64,000 bases of DNA from a virus. Taxonomy: Duplodnaviria; Caudoviricetes. A program made the position numbers and the translations under genes. How positions within the stretch are numbered: the stretch's first letter is position 1; each line of letters starts with the position of its first letter. Under the pieces are notes generated by a model that did no database searches, was not told where the DNA came from, and saw only the letters and a list, made by a program, of their open reading frames with translations. Below are positions 28,292 through 37,010 of this stretch, one piece after another. Location of the stretch: positions 1 to 64,000 of IMG/VR virus record IMGVR_UViG_3300010352_002815; one strand, written 5' to 3'.

Positions 28292-29062
28292 TTAAGCCTC
28301 ACTGAAATCCAAGGTCTTGCCATCCTTGGTGTACGTTACATTCTTCATGATTTCTTGCCAGGCTGCAGTTGTCTCCTGGTAGGAACCGAACTGACCGCTA
28401 CCATAAAGGTCTAGGATATCTCTCTTAGGTCTACCCTGATAATTGGCCTTCAGGAACTCCAATAGTTGCTTGGCTCGATCTGACAAAGCATTTACGCCTT
28501 TAACGATGGGCTTTGCTAGCTCCTTCTTGGTGATCGACTTCGGATCAATTTCCTTGAAGTTGTTCTTGGTCACGACGTCGAGTACATATTCGTCTCCAGG
28601 CTTAAAGAAGTCCTTGAGGGCAAACTCGTCACCGGGATTCACTGGAACGCCAGTTGCCCTTGTAATGAAGTCTGTAAAGGCTTTGCCGCCACCCATTCTG
28701 TTCCCGGCAGCGTCGTATAGGTCAATCGGGAATACTGCTCCAAACTTCAAGTCAGAACCAGACTTAGGTTCAGTGAACACAAATCGATAATGTGTTACGA
28801 AGGCAGTCTTCTTGCGAGCTTCCTTGTCGTTAGGACCAAGTGGCCAAAATTCATCGCCTACTGCATCTACGATAGCCTTTTGACTGTCATCTAAACTAGC
28901 ATATTCCTTACCAACAATGCCTTTGCTGTTGGATCGAAGACCTTCTCTGAACTGGACGACCTTTTCTTCTCTAATAATGTCCTTGAGTGTAACTTCGTAT
29001 GTTCCCTCAGCGATGCCGCTTCCCTTAATGACGATCTTCTCGTCCCATGCACTATTACTCAT
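28292..29062 (-). CDS. putative ssDNA-binding protein (OB-fold-like)
   Basis: IAEGTYEVTLKDI N-terminus typical of phage SSB-like proteins; upstream of the Sak4-like gene; own promoter. Confidence 0.45.
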   Translation of the reverse strand: MSNSAWDEKIVIKGSGIAEGTYEVTLKDIIREEKVVQFREGLRSNSKGIVGKEYASLDDSQKAIVDAVGDEFWPLGPNDKEARKKTAFVTHYRFVFTEPKSGSDLKFGAVFPIDLYDAAGNRMGGGKAFTDFITRATGVPVNPGDEFALKDFFKPGDEYVLDVVTKNNFKEIDPKSITKKELAKPIVKGVNALSDRAKQLLEFLKANYQGRPKRDILDLYGSGQFGSYQETTAAWQEIMKNVTYTKDGKTLDFSEA

Positions 29063-29097
29063 TATTTGATACCTTTCCTTATTTTACAATATAATTG

Positions 29098-29135
29098 GAG
29101 GCTAACGGTACACTCTAAATGACCAAATTAGCCTC
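29098..29135 (-). promoter_or_regulatory. 5'-UTR stem-loop upstream of the putative SSB gene
   Basis: GAGGCTAA (29098-29105) / TTAGCCTC (29128-29135), with an inner GGT/ACC pair. Confidence 0.45.
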
Positions 29136-29171
29136 AAAGTCGTATTATTACAACTTACTCGTTATAATAGG

Positions 29172-29191
29172 AGTATTTAAAGTTTTTGGTT
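29172..29191 (-). promoter_or_regulatory. BRE/TATA-type viral promoter
   Basis: Minus strand AACCAAAAACTTTAAATACT. Confidence 0.7.
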
Positions 29192-29207
29192 ACAATCTCC
29201 TATTAAA

Positions 29208-29283
29208 TGATCCTGGCTGGAATTGAACCAACTTCGCTGGCAGCCTAGGCAACCAGACTCTTGCCGACATGAGTTACAGGACC
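29208..29283 (-). tRNA. tRNA-like RNA with a non-canonical 8-nt palindromic anticodon loop (identity undetermined)
   Basis: GGTCCTG TA ACTC ATGTCGGCAA GAGT C TGGTT GCCTAGGC TGCCA GCGAA GTTGG TTCAATT CCAGC CAGGATC A: acceptor, D and T arms are canonical; no encoded CCA. Confidence 0.8.
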
Positions 29284-29297
29284 AAATTATATTTTAA

Positions 29298-29375
29298 AGG
29301 GCTCCGTTAGCCGTCAATTAAGACGTACTCCCACCCATTCCTGGCACGGAGCGCACACCAGTTCCCTATAGCCCC
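29298..29375 (-). ncRNA. structured RNA (H-type pseudoknot plus hairpin) co-transcribed upstream of the tRNA-like gene
   Basis: S1 CTGGTG/TGCCAG, S2 GCTCCG/CGGAGC, hairpin CGTC-TTAATT-GACG, alternative end pairing GGGGCT/AGCCCT; GC-rich within AT-rich flanks. Confidence 0.5.
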
Positions 29376-29451
29376 TGAAAATGTTAATAAAACAACTTGG
29401 AAACATCGGAGAACCCTATTGCCTTACTAACAAAATAATAGTTAAATTAGT

Positions 29452-29470
29452 AGTATAAAAAGGTTTTGGT
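29452..29470 (-). promoter_or_regulatory. promoter of the ncRNA locus
   Basis: Minus strand ACCAAAACCTTTTTATACT; only RNA-like elements follow before the next promoter. Confidence 0.65.
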
Positions 29471-29471
29471 A

Positions 29472-29726
29472 CTACAGTTCTTCATCGATACACATATCTA
29501 CGAAAGACCATTTCTGCCCGACCATTGCTTGAGCAGCAGCCTGGGCATTTGGGTAGTCCTTCCCGGCAACCCAATACAGTCCATTAGATGGGCTATATCC
29601 AGCCCATTCTCCGAATGAATTTTTGAAGCTCATCACATGGGAAGCAGCGAGCTTTTCAGCAACTGCCTTCAATGGTAAGAAGCCCGTCACATCGCCTACT
29701 AAGATGGTTATTTGATCAAAGTTCAT
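29472..29726 (-). CDS. hypothetical protein
   Basis: Start reassigned to ATG 29726 behind GGAGGTGG. Confidence 0.55.
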   Translation of the reverse strand: MNFDQITILVGDVTGFLPLKAVAEKLAASHVMSFKNSFGEWAGYSPSNGLYWVAGKDYPNAQAAAQAMVGQKWSFVDMCIDEEL

Positions 29727-29727
29727 C

Positions 29728-29868
29728 TCAAGCCACCTCCTCGCATCCATTCCCATACAGGATATATATCCCATATTCGGGGTGTATGACACATTCCGCC
29801 CTAGCTTGGACGGATAAGTCATCGCTCACGATTGGCGAGCAGTGGATGCAGCCTACACAGATAGCCAT
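29728..29868 (-). CDS. 46-aa Cys-rich protein (not in ORF track)
   Basis: MAICVGCIHCSPIVSDDLSVQARAECVIHPEYGIYILYGNGCEEVA; GAGGT SD. Confidence 0.5.
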   Translation of the reverse strand: MAICVGCIHCSPIVSDDLSVQARAECVIHPEYGIYILYGNGCEEVA

Positions 29869-29869
29869 T

Positions 29870-30259
29870 TCAAGCTACCTCTCCATTATAGTGGGCTGAC
29901 ATATCTGACATTTCTAACATCATTGGATTATTCAAGGTTACAAGTCTATATCCCCAGGCTCCCTTCTGGCCTACTTGTTCAGACTTCAATTCTAAACCTA
30001 ATGGAAGGTGCTCCTCTATTCGGACCATTAAATTATCTAAGCTCTTGGCATACTTGGAGCCGTATTTGCCGGCCTTGCCTCTGAGCCTAGTACCATCGGC
30101 TTCATAGCCAACTACGTAGCCATTTCGGATTAAATATCCGGCTACTCCTTCTTGCCAAGTGCCGCGAGCTTGTTCGTAGATCCTTTTCTGCAGTAATGGT
30201 AATTCTTCTGCGATCAAACAATCTTTGCCATTTGGTGTCTTACCGTTGTTTCTTGTCAT
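29870..30259 (-). CDS. hypothetical protein
   Basis: Likely start MTRNNG at 30259, downstream of the promoter at 30294-30313. Confidence 0.55.
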   Translation of the reverse strand: MTRNNGKTPNGKDCLIAEELPLLQKRIYEQARGTWQEGVAGYLIRNGYVVGYEADGTRLRGKAGKYGSKYAKSLDNLMVRIEEHLPLGLELKSEQVGQKGAWGYRLVTLNNPMMLEMSDMSAHYNGEVA

Positions 30260-30293
30260 AGTAGTCTTACTCCAAACTACTATTAGTGTTTTG

Positions 30294-30313
30294 AGAATAT
30301 ATAGTTTTTGGTC
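30294..30313 (-). promoter_or_regulatory. BRE/TATA-type viral promoter
   Basis: Minus strand GACCAAAAACTATATATTCT. Confidence 0.6.
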
Positions 30314-30371
30314 GAAAATCATGTTAGTTAGGTGACCAAAAAATAATAGTAATAAAATAAAAAAGTTTAAA

Positions 30372-31793
30372 TTAAGTTACCGTTACAGTAATTGTTCTAG
30401 CTCGTATCCTTTGGTCTTCATCAATGTCTATAGTAGTGCCTGGTCCAGAAATCGTGGAACCATCACCCACAAGTGAACATGACGTTATACTATCAATACC
30501 GGTTATTAAATCAGAACTTGTATAGTCCATATAAATATAGAAGAATAAATCTGACCATTCGAGATCCTTTCCAATTGTAAATGAATTCAAGAAATCCGTT
30601 ATAGAATCTTTGATACTGTCATCTAAGGTTGCTGGCGCAGTACTTGTACCTACGACATTAATTGTTGCATCTACGTAGACTGTTCTTGGCAAGATATACA
30701 TATATGGATAGTCGCCCATTCCTATAAGAATATCGTAACTGTTGACACCAGAATAGAACGTTTCATTGATGTAAGCGGCACGATCATCGTCGTCTTCTAG
30801 AGTAGCTTCGATCGTATCTCCAATAATTGTACTTGCTGGTATTACAACTGTTGCGGTTCGTGATCTGCCTAAGATGTCAATATAATTTATAGTAAATGAA
30901 TCACCTGAAAGAGCATTTGAAACTGCTCGAACCAATATGCGACCGCCTGAACAATCAGATAAATGATCAACTACGACGCCAGTCCTTATAGTAGATCCTA
31001 ATTTACCTCGGCATGTTATTCCGGCGGCGACATTGTCCAAGAGGACTTCGCCAACATCATCATAATCATCGCCAACTCCTCCACTATAATCAACTACGAC
31101 TTCCAAATCACCATTACTTCGTGAGAATAGATGAGATTCTGAAATGTCCTCTAAATCAGTTAAATGTTCTTCAATAACTGTAGTAGTTGCAGTGCCTGTA
31201 GCCAAAACAGCATAATAATAACGATTTCGAAGGTCGTCGTCACTTTCTTGGTCAGTACCACCAGAAAACGCATTAAGGTTTTCGACCCTATCAATATCAT
31301 CAATAGCATATGGAATATTCGTAATCATGTATGCGGAAACGTTGCCTGATTCTCCGGAATTCACGGCTCTAGCTGCGATGTTAACTGAATTCTCTCCTAT
31401 GGAAATTTCACCATAGGCAGTTGTTTCAAAGAACACCCGACTGCCGTCAGATCCTACTGCCAGAGCTTTAGAACCTAACGGCACAGGAATTGCAACCGTT
31501 GCAATGTCCATGCTGGAAAATGTTATTGTACCAATTGCTTGATCGCCATCTAGACGACCTTCGGGAAGTCGGTCAACTACTAGAGCATCTAAGTCTGCAT
31601 CTTCGGCTGTTAATATCGAAATGCTATAAACTGAATCCTCGATTTTTTGATACATTAAATTGATTTGTATGGCAATAATCTCATCAATTATATCAAGCAT
31701 ACTGCCCGAGCTAAAATTCCGTATTTTAGGATGCCTTCGAATAATAGCTTCTCTTAGATCATCTTTAATATCTTCAATTTCAGGAACTAACAT
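30372..31793 (-). CDS. baseplate J-like wedge protein
   Basis: NFSSGSMLDII, TAEDADLD, AVNSGESGNV, FSGGTDQESDDDLRNR. Confidence 0.92.
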   Translation of the reverse strand: MLVPEIEDIKDDLREAIIRRHPKIRNFSSGSMLDIIDEIIAIQINLMYQKIEDSVYSISILTAEDADLDALVVDRLPEGRLDGDQAIGTITFSSMDIATVAIPVPLGSKALAVGSDGSRVFFETTAYGEISIGENSVNIAARAVNSGESGNVSAYMITNIPYAIDDIDRVENLNAFSGGTDQESDDDLRNRYYYAVLATGTATTTVIEEHLTDLEDISESHLFSRSNGDLEVVVDYSGGVGDDYDDVGEVLLDNVAAGITCRGKLGSTIRTGVVVDHLSDCSGGRILVRAVSNALSGDSFTINYIDILGRSRTATVVIPASTIIGDTIEATLEDDDDRAAYINETFYSGVNSYDILIGMGDYPYMYILPRTVYVDATINVVGTSTAPATLDDSIKDSITDFLNSFTIGKDLEWSDLFFYIYMDYTSSDLITGIDSITSCSLVGDGSTISGPGTTIDIDEDQRIRARTITVTVT

Positions 31794-31810
31794 AAAACCT
31801 CGAAAAATTA

Positions 31811-32266
31811 TTAATAGTAATTTATAATATTACTTAATTCTGATGTTATTGACATTATTTCGTCTGGTGTATACAAGAATTGTAGTAAGTTGTTTTGAGC
31901 CAATCGTAATAAAATTTCAGTTTGGAACGGATCGCTTACGCTAGTTGAACACGTTATAGAATTTATAGCCAATTCAGGAAATTGATATTTCATGTCGGCT
32001 TCCAAGTCTTGTTCCAGTCTACGTAAGTTACCACGAGTATTTTTTTCGTGGAGATAATCTAGGCAACTGCAACCAATTTTTGGATCGTAACGCTCGCCTT
32101 TAGGCGTAGCTAAATATAAAAAGAATCGTTGCTTGAGTTCATCGTGACTAGAAACCAAAGCAAGGTCTCCAGTTGCATCTAACAACAAATCTAAACTTGA
32201 GTGACAATGACAATGCCCTGCTGAAATATCCATGTTGGTTTTTAGATCGTAATATTCAATAGTCAT
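31811..32266 (-). CDS. gp25/gpW-like baseplate protein (sheath initiator)
   Basis: GDLALVS...LKQR...LATPKGERYDPKIGC; lies between spike and baseplate J. Confidence 0.8.
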   Translation of the reverse strand: MTIEYYDLKTNMDISAGHCHCHSSLDLLLDATGDLALVSSHDELKQRFFLYLATPKGERYDPKIGCSCLDYLHEKNTRGNLRRLEQDLEADMKYQFPELAINSITCSTSVSDPFQTEILLRLAQNNLLQFLYTPDEIMSITSELSNIINYY

Positions 32267-32270
32267 TATT

Positions 32271-34442
32271 TTAAGCCGCCTTGAACACTTTGTCAACATT
32301 ATATGTAATTATAATCATTGTTACCACAAATTCTCCTGACATTTCGACCTTACCTGCTCCAACAGCAACTCTTCGAATCCTAGCAGCAAAAAAATCGGAA
32401 GTCAAAATATCAGGATTGTTTAAGTCCCAATCAATGGCAAAATCGACTTTATAAATCGAATATTGAGCAGATCGATTAGTATCAATGTTGGTTTCAACGG
32501 TAACGTCAGTAGTTGTATCTTGAACAACGCCAGATGAGGTTGATTTATTCATCCAGGAAACTTGTAATGCAAAATCGTCATTTACATCTTCTGCAGAAGC
32601 TAAGTATCCTATTATGGACATTGAAATGTTGCTTGCCCCGTCCCATCGACCAGCAATATATTCTGAAATGAATAATTCTTCTTGGTCGCTATTATAAATT
32701 GGCAGACTATAACCTGTGGTTGCGCCTCGTTGGACAATAGTTGGCTTGCTATTTTGAGCAATTTTACCAATTTCGATAAAGGGACGCATCGAAAGTTTAC
32801 CAGTTGTAGTAATAGGTCCTGTTATGTCACATCCGCCGCCGATATTAGTTTGTCCGCCATTTGGCTGGATATTAACGTTGCCTTTCGTTGCATTAGATGT
32901 GGATTCTAATGACAGATCGTCTCCACTATCAGTACCACCTAATACGGATTGACCACCACTACAACCACTAGATTGAACATAAGATGAGTTAAGTTCTCCT
33001 TCAATTGAAGATAGCAATTGAGAACCTAATTCGCCAGTACATTCTAAATCTGCGTCTATGGTAACTTGGCCTTTGCTAGCATCGCTTGTACCGCATAATG
33101 TTAATATTCCATCTTTTTCTGTGTCACCACATACGGTTTGTCCGCCTTCTGCACCTGCTTTTATGACAAAGGTATCTTCGCAACTGCAACTTCCGTGAGT
33201 GCATGTGCCATCAATTTGCATATCTCCAGTAAGGTGTAACGTCGGAGTGGTACATGTAGTACCTTGAGAACTCTTAATCTCTATGGAACCGTCTGCTGCA
33301 ATTTCAGCATATGCATCAGCTAGTATATTCCAGATATAGCAATTGCCATTTGGATTTAATTCGACTTCAGAACAACCGTTAGTTGTATCACTATTAGATG
33401 TTATTCGTATGGATCCGTCTCTATAAATTCTCACAAAAGCTTGAAGCGGTAAATAAATGGCTTCATATGCTATGTCGCCATGAGCATCGCTTAATGTCAT
33501 ACCAGAACCGGTTACCATCATGCGAGCTCCTAGTTCTTCGGCGTTAATAGCTTTTTCTTCGTGATCTCCATGAATGTCTATAGTGCCAGTCGGATGGAAA
33601 TTAATGTGACCTTTCTTAGTTGCTTCAGTAGTTGCATTTCCTAAACGAATATGACCAATACCTTCAGAATATTCCAGTGAAGTGTTTTTAGACGGATTTT
33701 CATCGTCTGATTCAAAACGAAGATATGATCCACAACGACTATGCCATTCAGCCCTGCTATTGTAAGCTTGCAAGGATTCCGTTTGGGTTGAGTATTGTTT
33801 AAACCACTGTTCGCCACTTCTTGGAACAGAATCAACTATCCAACAATTTTTGCATGTAGGTTCGGCGTCACCCATTTGACAGTCCCAAACAAACATTTCG
33901 TCACGGCCTTTACCGCCAGGCTGGCCAGTAACTGGACCGTGAAACAATTTCCTACAAATGGGCATCTTGCCTTTTGGATGATCCTTATAATCGTGGTTGC
34001 GATCTTGAGTTGGTTCAAGCCACTGGCACCATTTCCAAACTTCGTCGTACATCGCATCAGCGCAAGTTGGTCCTCTCATTGGAGGAGCCTGATACGTAGT
34101 ATTAACAGGTCCTAATATTATAGGTTGTGTATTATAAAGAAAAAGGACCTGAACTAAATCACCAACGCGCGGTGTCCAAGGATGTCCAAAACAATTACCA
34201 ACGAAGTCTTGAAGCACACATTCATATTGGTGTTCGAGTTTGGTTGGGTCTACATTTTCTTTGGCATCGCGCACCTTAACTGTAACCGTATTATAATATT
34301 CGGGATGGTCGGGACTATGACACTGAACACCGTGCTCGCCTTTTTTGTTAAGTTTGACGACCGTGGCATATTCAATTTTCATTATATTCTGGAGCCATCT
34401 TTGGACACTACTTCCTATGGAAGTCATTGGACCAGACGGCAT
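32271..34442 (-). CDS. baseplate central spike (gpV/gp5-like) with a long C-terminal extension
   Basis: OB-fold motif TPRVGDLVQVLF; beta-helix repeats; tip-like LHLTGDMQIDGTCTHGSCSC; extra domains follow. Confidence 0.75.
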   Translation of the reverse strand: MPSGPMTSIGSSVQRWLQNIMKIEYATVVKLNKKGEHGVQCHSPDHPEYYNTVTVKVRDAKENVDPTKLEHQYECVLQDFVGNCFGHPWTPRVGDLVQVLFLYNTQPIILGPVNTTYQAPPMRGPTCADAMYDEVWKWCQWLEPTQDRNHDYKDHPKGKMPICRKLFHGPVTGQPGGKGRDEMFVWDCQMGDAEPTCKNCWIVDSVPRSGEQWFKQYSTQTESLQAYNSRAEWHSRCGSYLRFESDDENPSKNTSLEYSEGIGHIRLGNATTEATKKGHINFHPTGTIDIHGDHEEKAINAEELGARMMVTGSGMTLSDAHGDIAYEAIYLPLQAFVRIYRDGSIRITSNSDTTNGCSEVELNPNGNCYIWNILADAYAEIAADGSIEIKSSQGTTCTTPTLHLTGDMQIDGTCTHGSCSCEDTFVIKAGAEGGQTVCGDTEKDGILTLCGTSDASKGQVTIDADLECTGELGSQLLSSIEGELNSSYVQSSGCSGGQSVLGGTDSGDDLSLESTSNATKGNVNIQPNGGQTNIGGGCDITGPITTTGKLSMRPFIEIGKIAQNSKPTIVQRGATTGYSLPIYNSDQEELFISEYIAGRWDGASNISMSIIGYLASAEDVNDDFALQVSWMNKSTSSGVVQDTTTDVTVETNIDTNRSAQYSIYKVDFAIDWDLNNPDILTSDFFAARIRRVAVGAGKVEMSGEFVVTMIIITYNVDKVFKAA

Positions 34443-34886
34443 TTAGTCCACCATCCAAATAGCTGTTCCAAAATATCGATTTTTCTTGGCGATAGACTTC
34501 AAGAGTGATAGCGGCATATCCAAATAGGATTTTGAACGGTCTTGGTGCTCAACCAACATCTTGAATTTACTGTTTTCAAAAATAACATTTGCATAACGGG
34601 ACAAAACAAGTTCCTTAAATTCTTCGTCCGTTATGCCAGTATCTGAAGCATTTTCAGGAATTTCTTGGGTTGATAGTTCCGGTTCAGGATATGGATCCAT
34701 AGACCATTTTCGCTTTGATGCGTCTCGAAATTCGCAGATCACCCGTTTAGGCATTTCAGCTAAGTCAAAATAACTATAATGATCGTCTGATGATTTAGCT
34801 CGAACTATATCACCGCTTTCAGAACAACGATAGACCCAAGTGGTTGTTCCATCACCATAAAAAGTATAAAGGTAGTTATCGCTCAT
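34443..34886 (-). CDS. hypothetical tail-region protein
   Basis: Translationally coupled between hub and spike. Confidence 0.55.
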   Translation of the reverse strand: MSDNYLYTFYGDGTTTWVYRCSESGDIVRAKSSDDHYSYFDLAEMPKRVICEFRDASKRKWSMDPYPEPELSTQEIPENASDTGITDEEFKELVLSRYANVIFENSKFKMLVEHQDRSKSYLDMPLSLLKSIAKKNRYFGTAIWMVD

Positions 34887-36565
34887 TAATAATTGCTCCG
34901 CCAGTTAGGTGACTTTTCGTCGTTAGCTGATTCGATATTTGAAATTTGGTCCTTGAAATGATCAGAAACTTCAGTAGGTGGATTATCACTATAATTAAAT
35001 GGATCTAAAAATGTACCAGAATAGCCATAAGTCCATTTGCCGTTTCTGAATACTGCTTGCCAACGCTGACCATCTGACGCAACATATTCGTCGGTATTTA
35101 ATATAAGGCCTTCATATGTAGATGTTAGTTCATTACCATAACCATTGTTGATGCGGGCAACTTCTAAGTGGGTTATTATTCCCGCAGAACTATATTCGAC
35201 TTCCTTTTTCTTGACTCCGCCATAGATCCAGAGAAGTTCTCCCGTCTGTAAATCAGGAACTTGGAAAATAACCATACTAAGTATTTTTGGAATTCTATTG
35301 GCAACCACTAATTTAATATCTCGGTCAATATATTGTTTGAAGTTTTCATCTTTTATATCAGATTCTACGTCTGCTTGTACTGACATTAAATTAGGGTCAT
35401 GTATTATCGAGTCTTCCGTTTTACCGTACCGATAAATACTTTCCCAGTTATATTTGGTTGCAAATAATTCATCTTTTACAGATGACGGTATATGCCGCAT
35501 AGTATCTTCAATGGAAGTTGTTCCAGCAATTGTTGTGATTACGTTAGCGTGGCCAAATATTGTTGACGTGTCAGCAGGTTCAATAACATATGGGTCTAGA
35601 AATACTGTTTCTGTGAAGGAATCAGAATCTGTAAGAACTACATAAACGTTATCGTCGAAATCGTGACCATAATAAAAACTTTCTTTGTTATCGGTGGCTA
35701 GGCTTCGTAGAGCTTCATTACCTGATAGGTCAGATGGAGTATAGTCTTGTTTACGTAAAACAGGATTATTTAATTTAAGGTTTTTAATTTCAATACCTAA
35801 ATTACCGCCATTATTAATTTGGTCTACAGTTTCTTGCATTTTTAGTATGTAGCCATCTTCTGGTGACCAAGTTGTATCCTTATAGGAACCAGCAGCTTCT
35901 ATTGAAATGCAACCAAATGTTACTACAGCCGTTTCATTATTATATTTGGCATCAGCCATAAAACCTTGAAAGATCATGTAAGTGCTGGTTTGTACACCGT
36001 TGTCCATATTGTAGTCTATAGCAGCCTGACTCCATATTCGGGTAATTCGTGGCGCCCATTGGTATGAAGCTATTTTCTTGCCGTATTTTTGATAATTATT
36101 GTTTAATGTTACAGTACAAGATGCCTGTTCATTGCCTTCGTCATAACCGGAAGACATAGTGGCTGTTATGCTTATAATGTCTGCGGATACAACGTCGCCA
36201 CCAATTACTGTATATGTTCGAATGCCTTGACCTAAGCCACTTCCAGAATTTTGAGCAATTGGGTCTTCATTATCATTAGATGGGGGCACTGCTTCATCAG
36301 AAGGATCATCCTTTTCATCGGCAATGTTTGCAGTGCCGTAACCCATTAAAGCAAGTTTTAATGTCGCATCTGGTGTTTCGCCTGCTGCTATAGCATCCTG
36401 GTATTCTTGAATTTCTTCGTAAAGAGCGTTGTAACCTTTTGTATACCAATCACTTAATTTATCGTTACTTTCAGCTGGAGCTTCCGGCTTAAACATCGTA
36501 ACGACGTTTCCAGGATATGCAGCAGGATTAGCGTCCAAATATTCAGGAATTGTCCATTGTACCAT
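34886..36565 (-). CDS. baseplate hub (gpD/gp27-like)
   Basis: ASCTVTLNN...IFQGFM...LRSLA pattern; position between tube initiator and spike. Confidence 0.6.
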   Translation of the reverse strand: MVQWTIPEYLDANPAAYPGNVVTMFKPEAPAESNDKLSDWYTKGYNALYEEIQEYQDAIAAGETPDATLKLALMGYGTANIADEKDDPSDEAVPPSNDNEDPIAQNSGSGLGQGIRTYTVIGGDVVSADIISITATMSSGYDEGNEQASCTVTLNNNYQKYGKKIASYQWAPRITRIWSQAAIDYNMDNGVQTSTYMIFQGFMADAKYNNETAVVTFGCISIEAAGSYKDTTWSPEDGYILKMQETVDQINNGGNLGIEIKNLKLNNPVLRKQDYTPSDLSGNEALRSLATDNKESFYYGHDFDDNVYVVLTDSDSFTETVFLDPYVIEPADTSTIFGHANVITTIAGTTSIEDTMRHIPSSVKDELFATKYNWESIYRYGKTEDSIIHDPNLMSVQADVESDIKDENFKQYIDRDIKLVVANRIPKILSMVIFQVPDLQTGELLWIYGGVKKKEVEYSSAGIITHLEVARINNGYGNELTSTYEGLILNTDEYVASDGQRWQAVFRNGKWTYGYSGTFLDPFNYSDNPPTEVSDHFKDQISNIESANDEKSPNWRSNY

Positions 36566-36573
36566 ATTAAGCC

Positions 36574-36969
36574 TCAGTCATTTTCTTCCTTGAGCTTTAA
36601 GGAACACTGAAAACGGTAATCATCGTTACCTTCTTCAGAAATAGCAGTAAACGATTCAATGTACATTGGAATTGACTTAAATGCGGTTTCAACTTGATAT
36701 GGTCCTGCGTTGTCGACTTTTGTTTGGATTTGTTGCATACGTTCCTTGGTTACTATCACAAAATCCATATCGCATTTCCAGAGAGTTAGTTTGGACGTCC
36801 GACATGTTTTATGAGCAGGCCATGGTATTTCGTGGGTCTTTATAGAATTTTCTTTACTCCATGTTATGCGGGTCGGATTTGGCTGACCATATGGAATTGA
36901 ACCATCTTCCTGGGTTTCTCCTAACGGCTCATTAAAGGTATAGTCGCCTATTTTTACTGTAAATGTCAT
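36574..36969 (-). CDS. tail tube initiator (gpU-like)
   Basis: Directly after the tape measure; VKIGDYTF...MYIESF...CSLKLKE; start moved to ATG 36969. Confidence 0.6.
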   Translation of the reverse strand: MTFTVKIGDYTFNEPLGETQEDGSIPYGQPNPTRITWSKENSIKTHEIPWPAHKTCRTSKLTLWKCDMDFVIVTKERMQQIQTKVDNAGPYQVETAFKSIPMYIESFTAISEEGNDDYRFQCSLKLKEEND

Positions 36970-37010
36970 AATATTGTTTGATTCTCCTTGATATGCTTTT
37001 AAAAATATTT

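Noticed and set aside
29208-29283. tRNA-Pyl, standard amber suppressor or initiator tRNA
   Set aside because: It has G18G19, a UUC T-loop, a 2-nt connector and a 5-nt variable loop, unlike tRNA-Pyl. The loop is 8 nt with no U33. It has neither a CAU anticodon nor the three G-C pairs of initiators.
29298-29375. HDV-like/theta ribozyme (hairpin-GCTAA-stem resembles J4/2)
   Set aside because: No P3/L3/P1.1 elements can be placed, and it lies 5' rather than 3' of the tRNA-like gene. Kept only as an unclassified structured RNA.
29405-29425. Fluoride-riboswitch-like start GGCAATAGGGTTCTCC
   Set aside because: P1 does not pair, the downstream conserved segment is absent, and no ORF follows.
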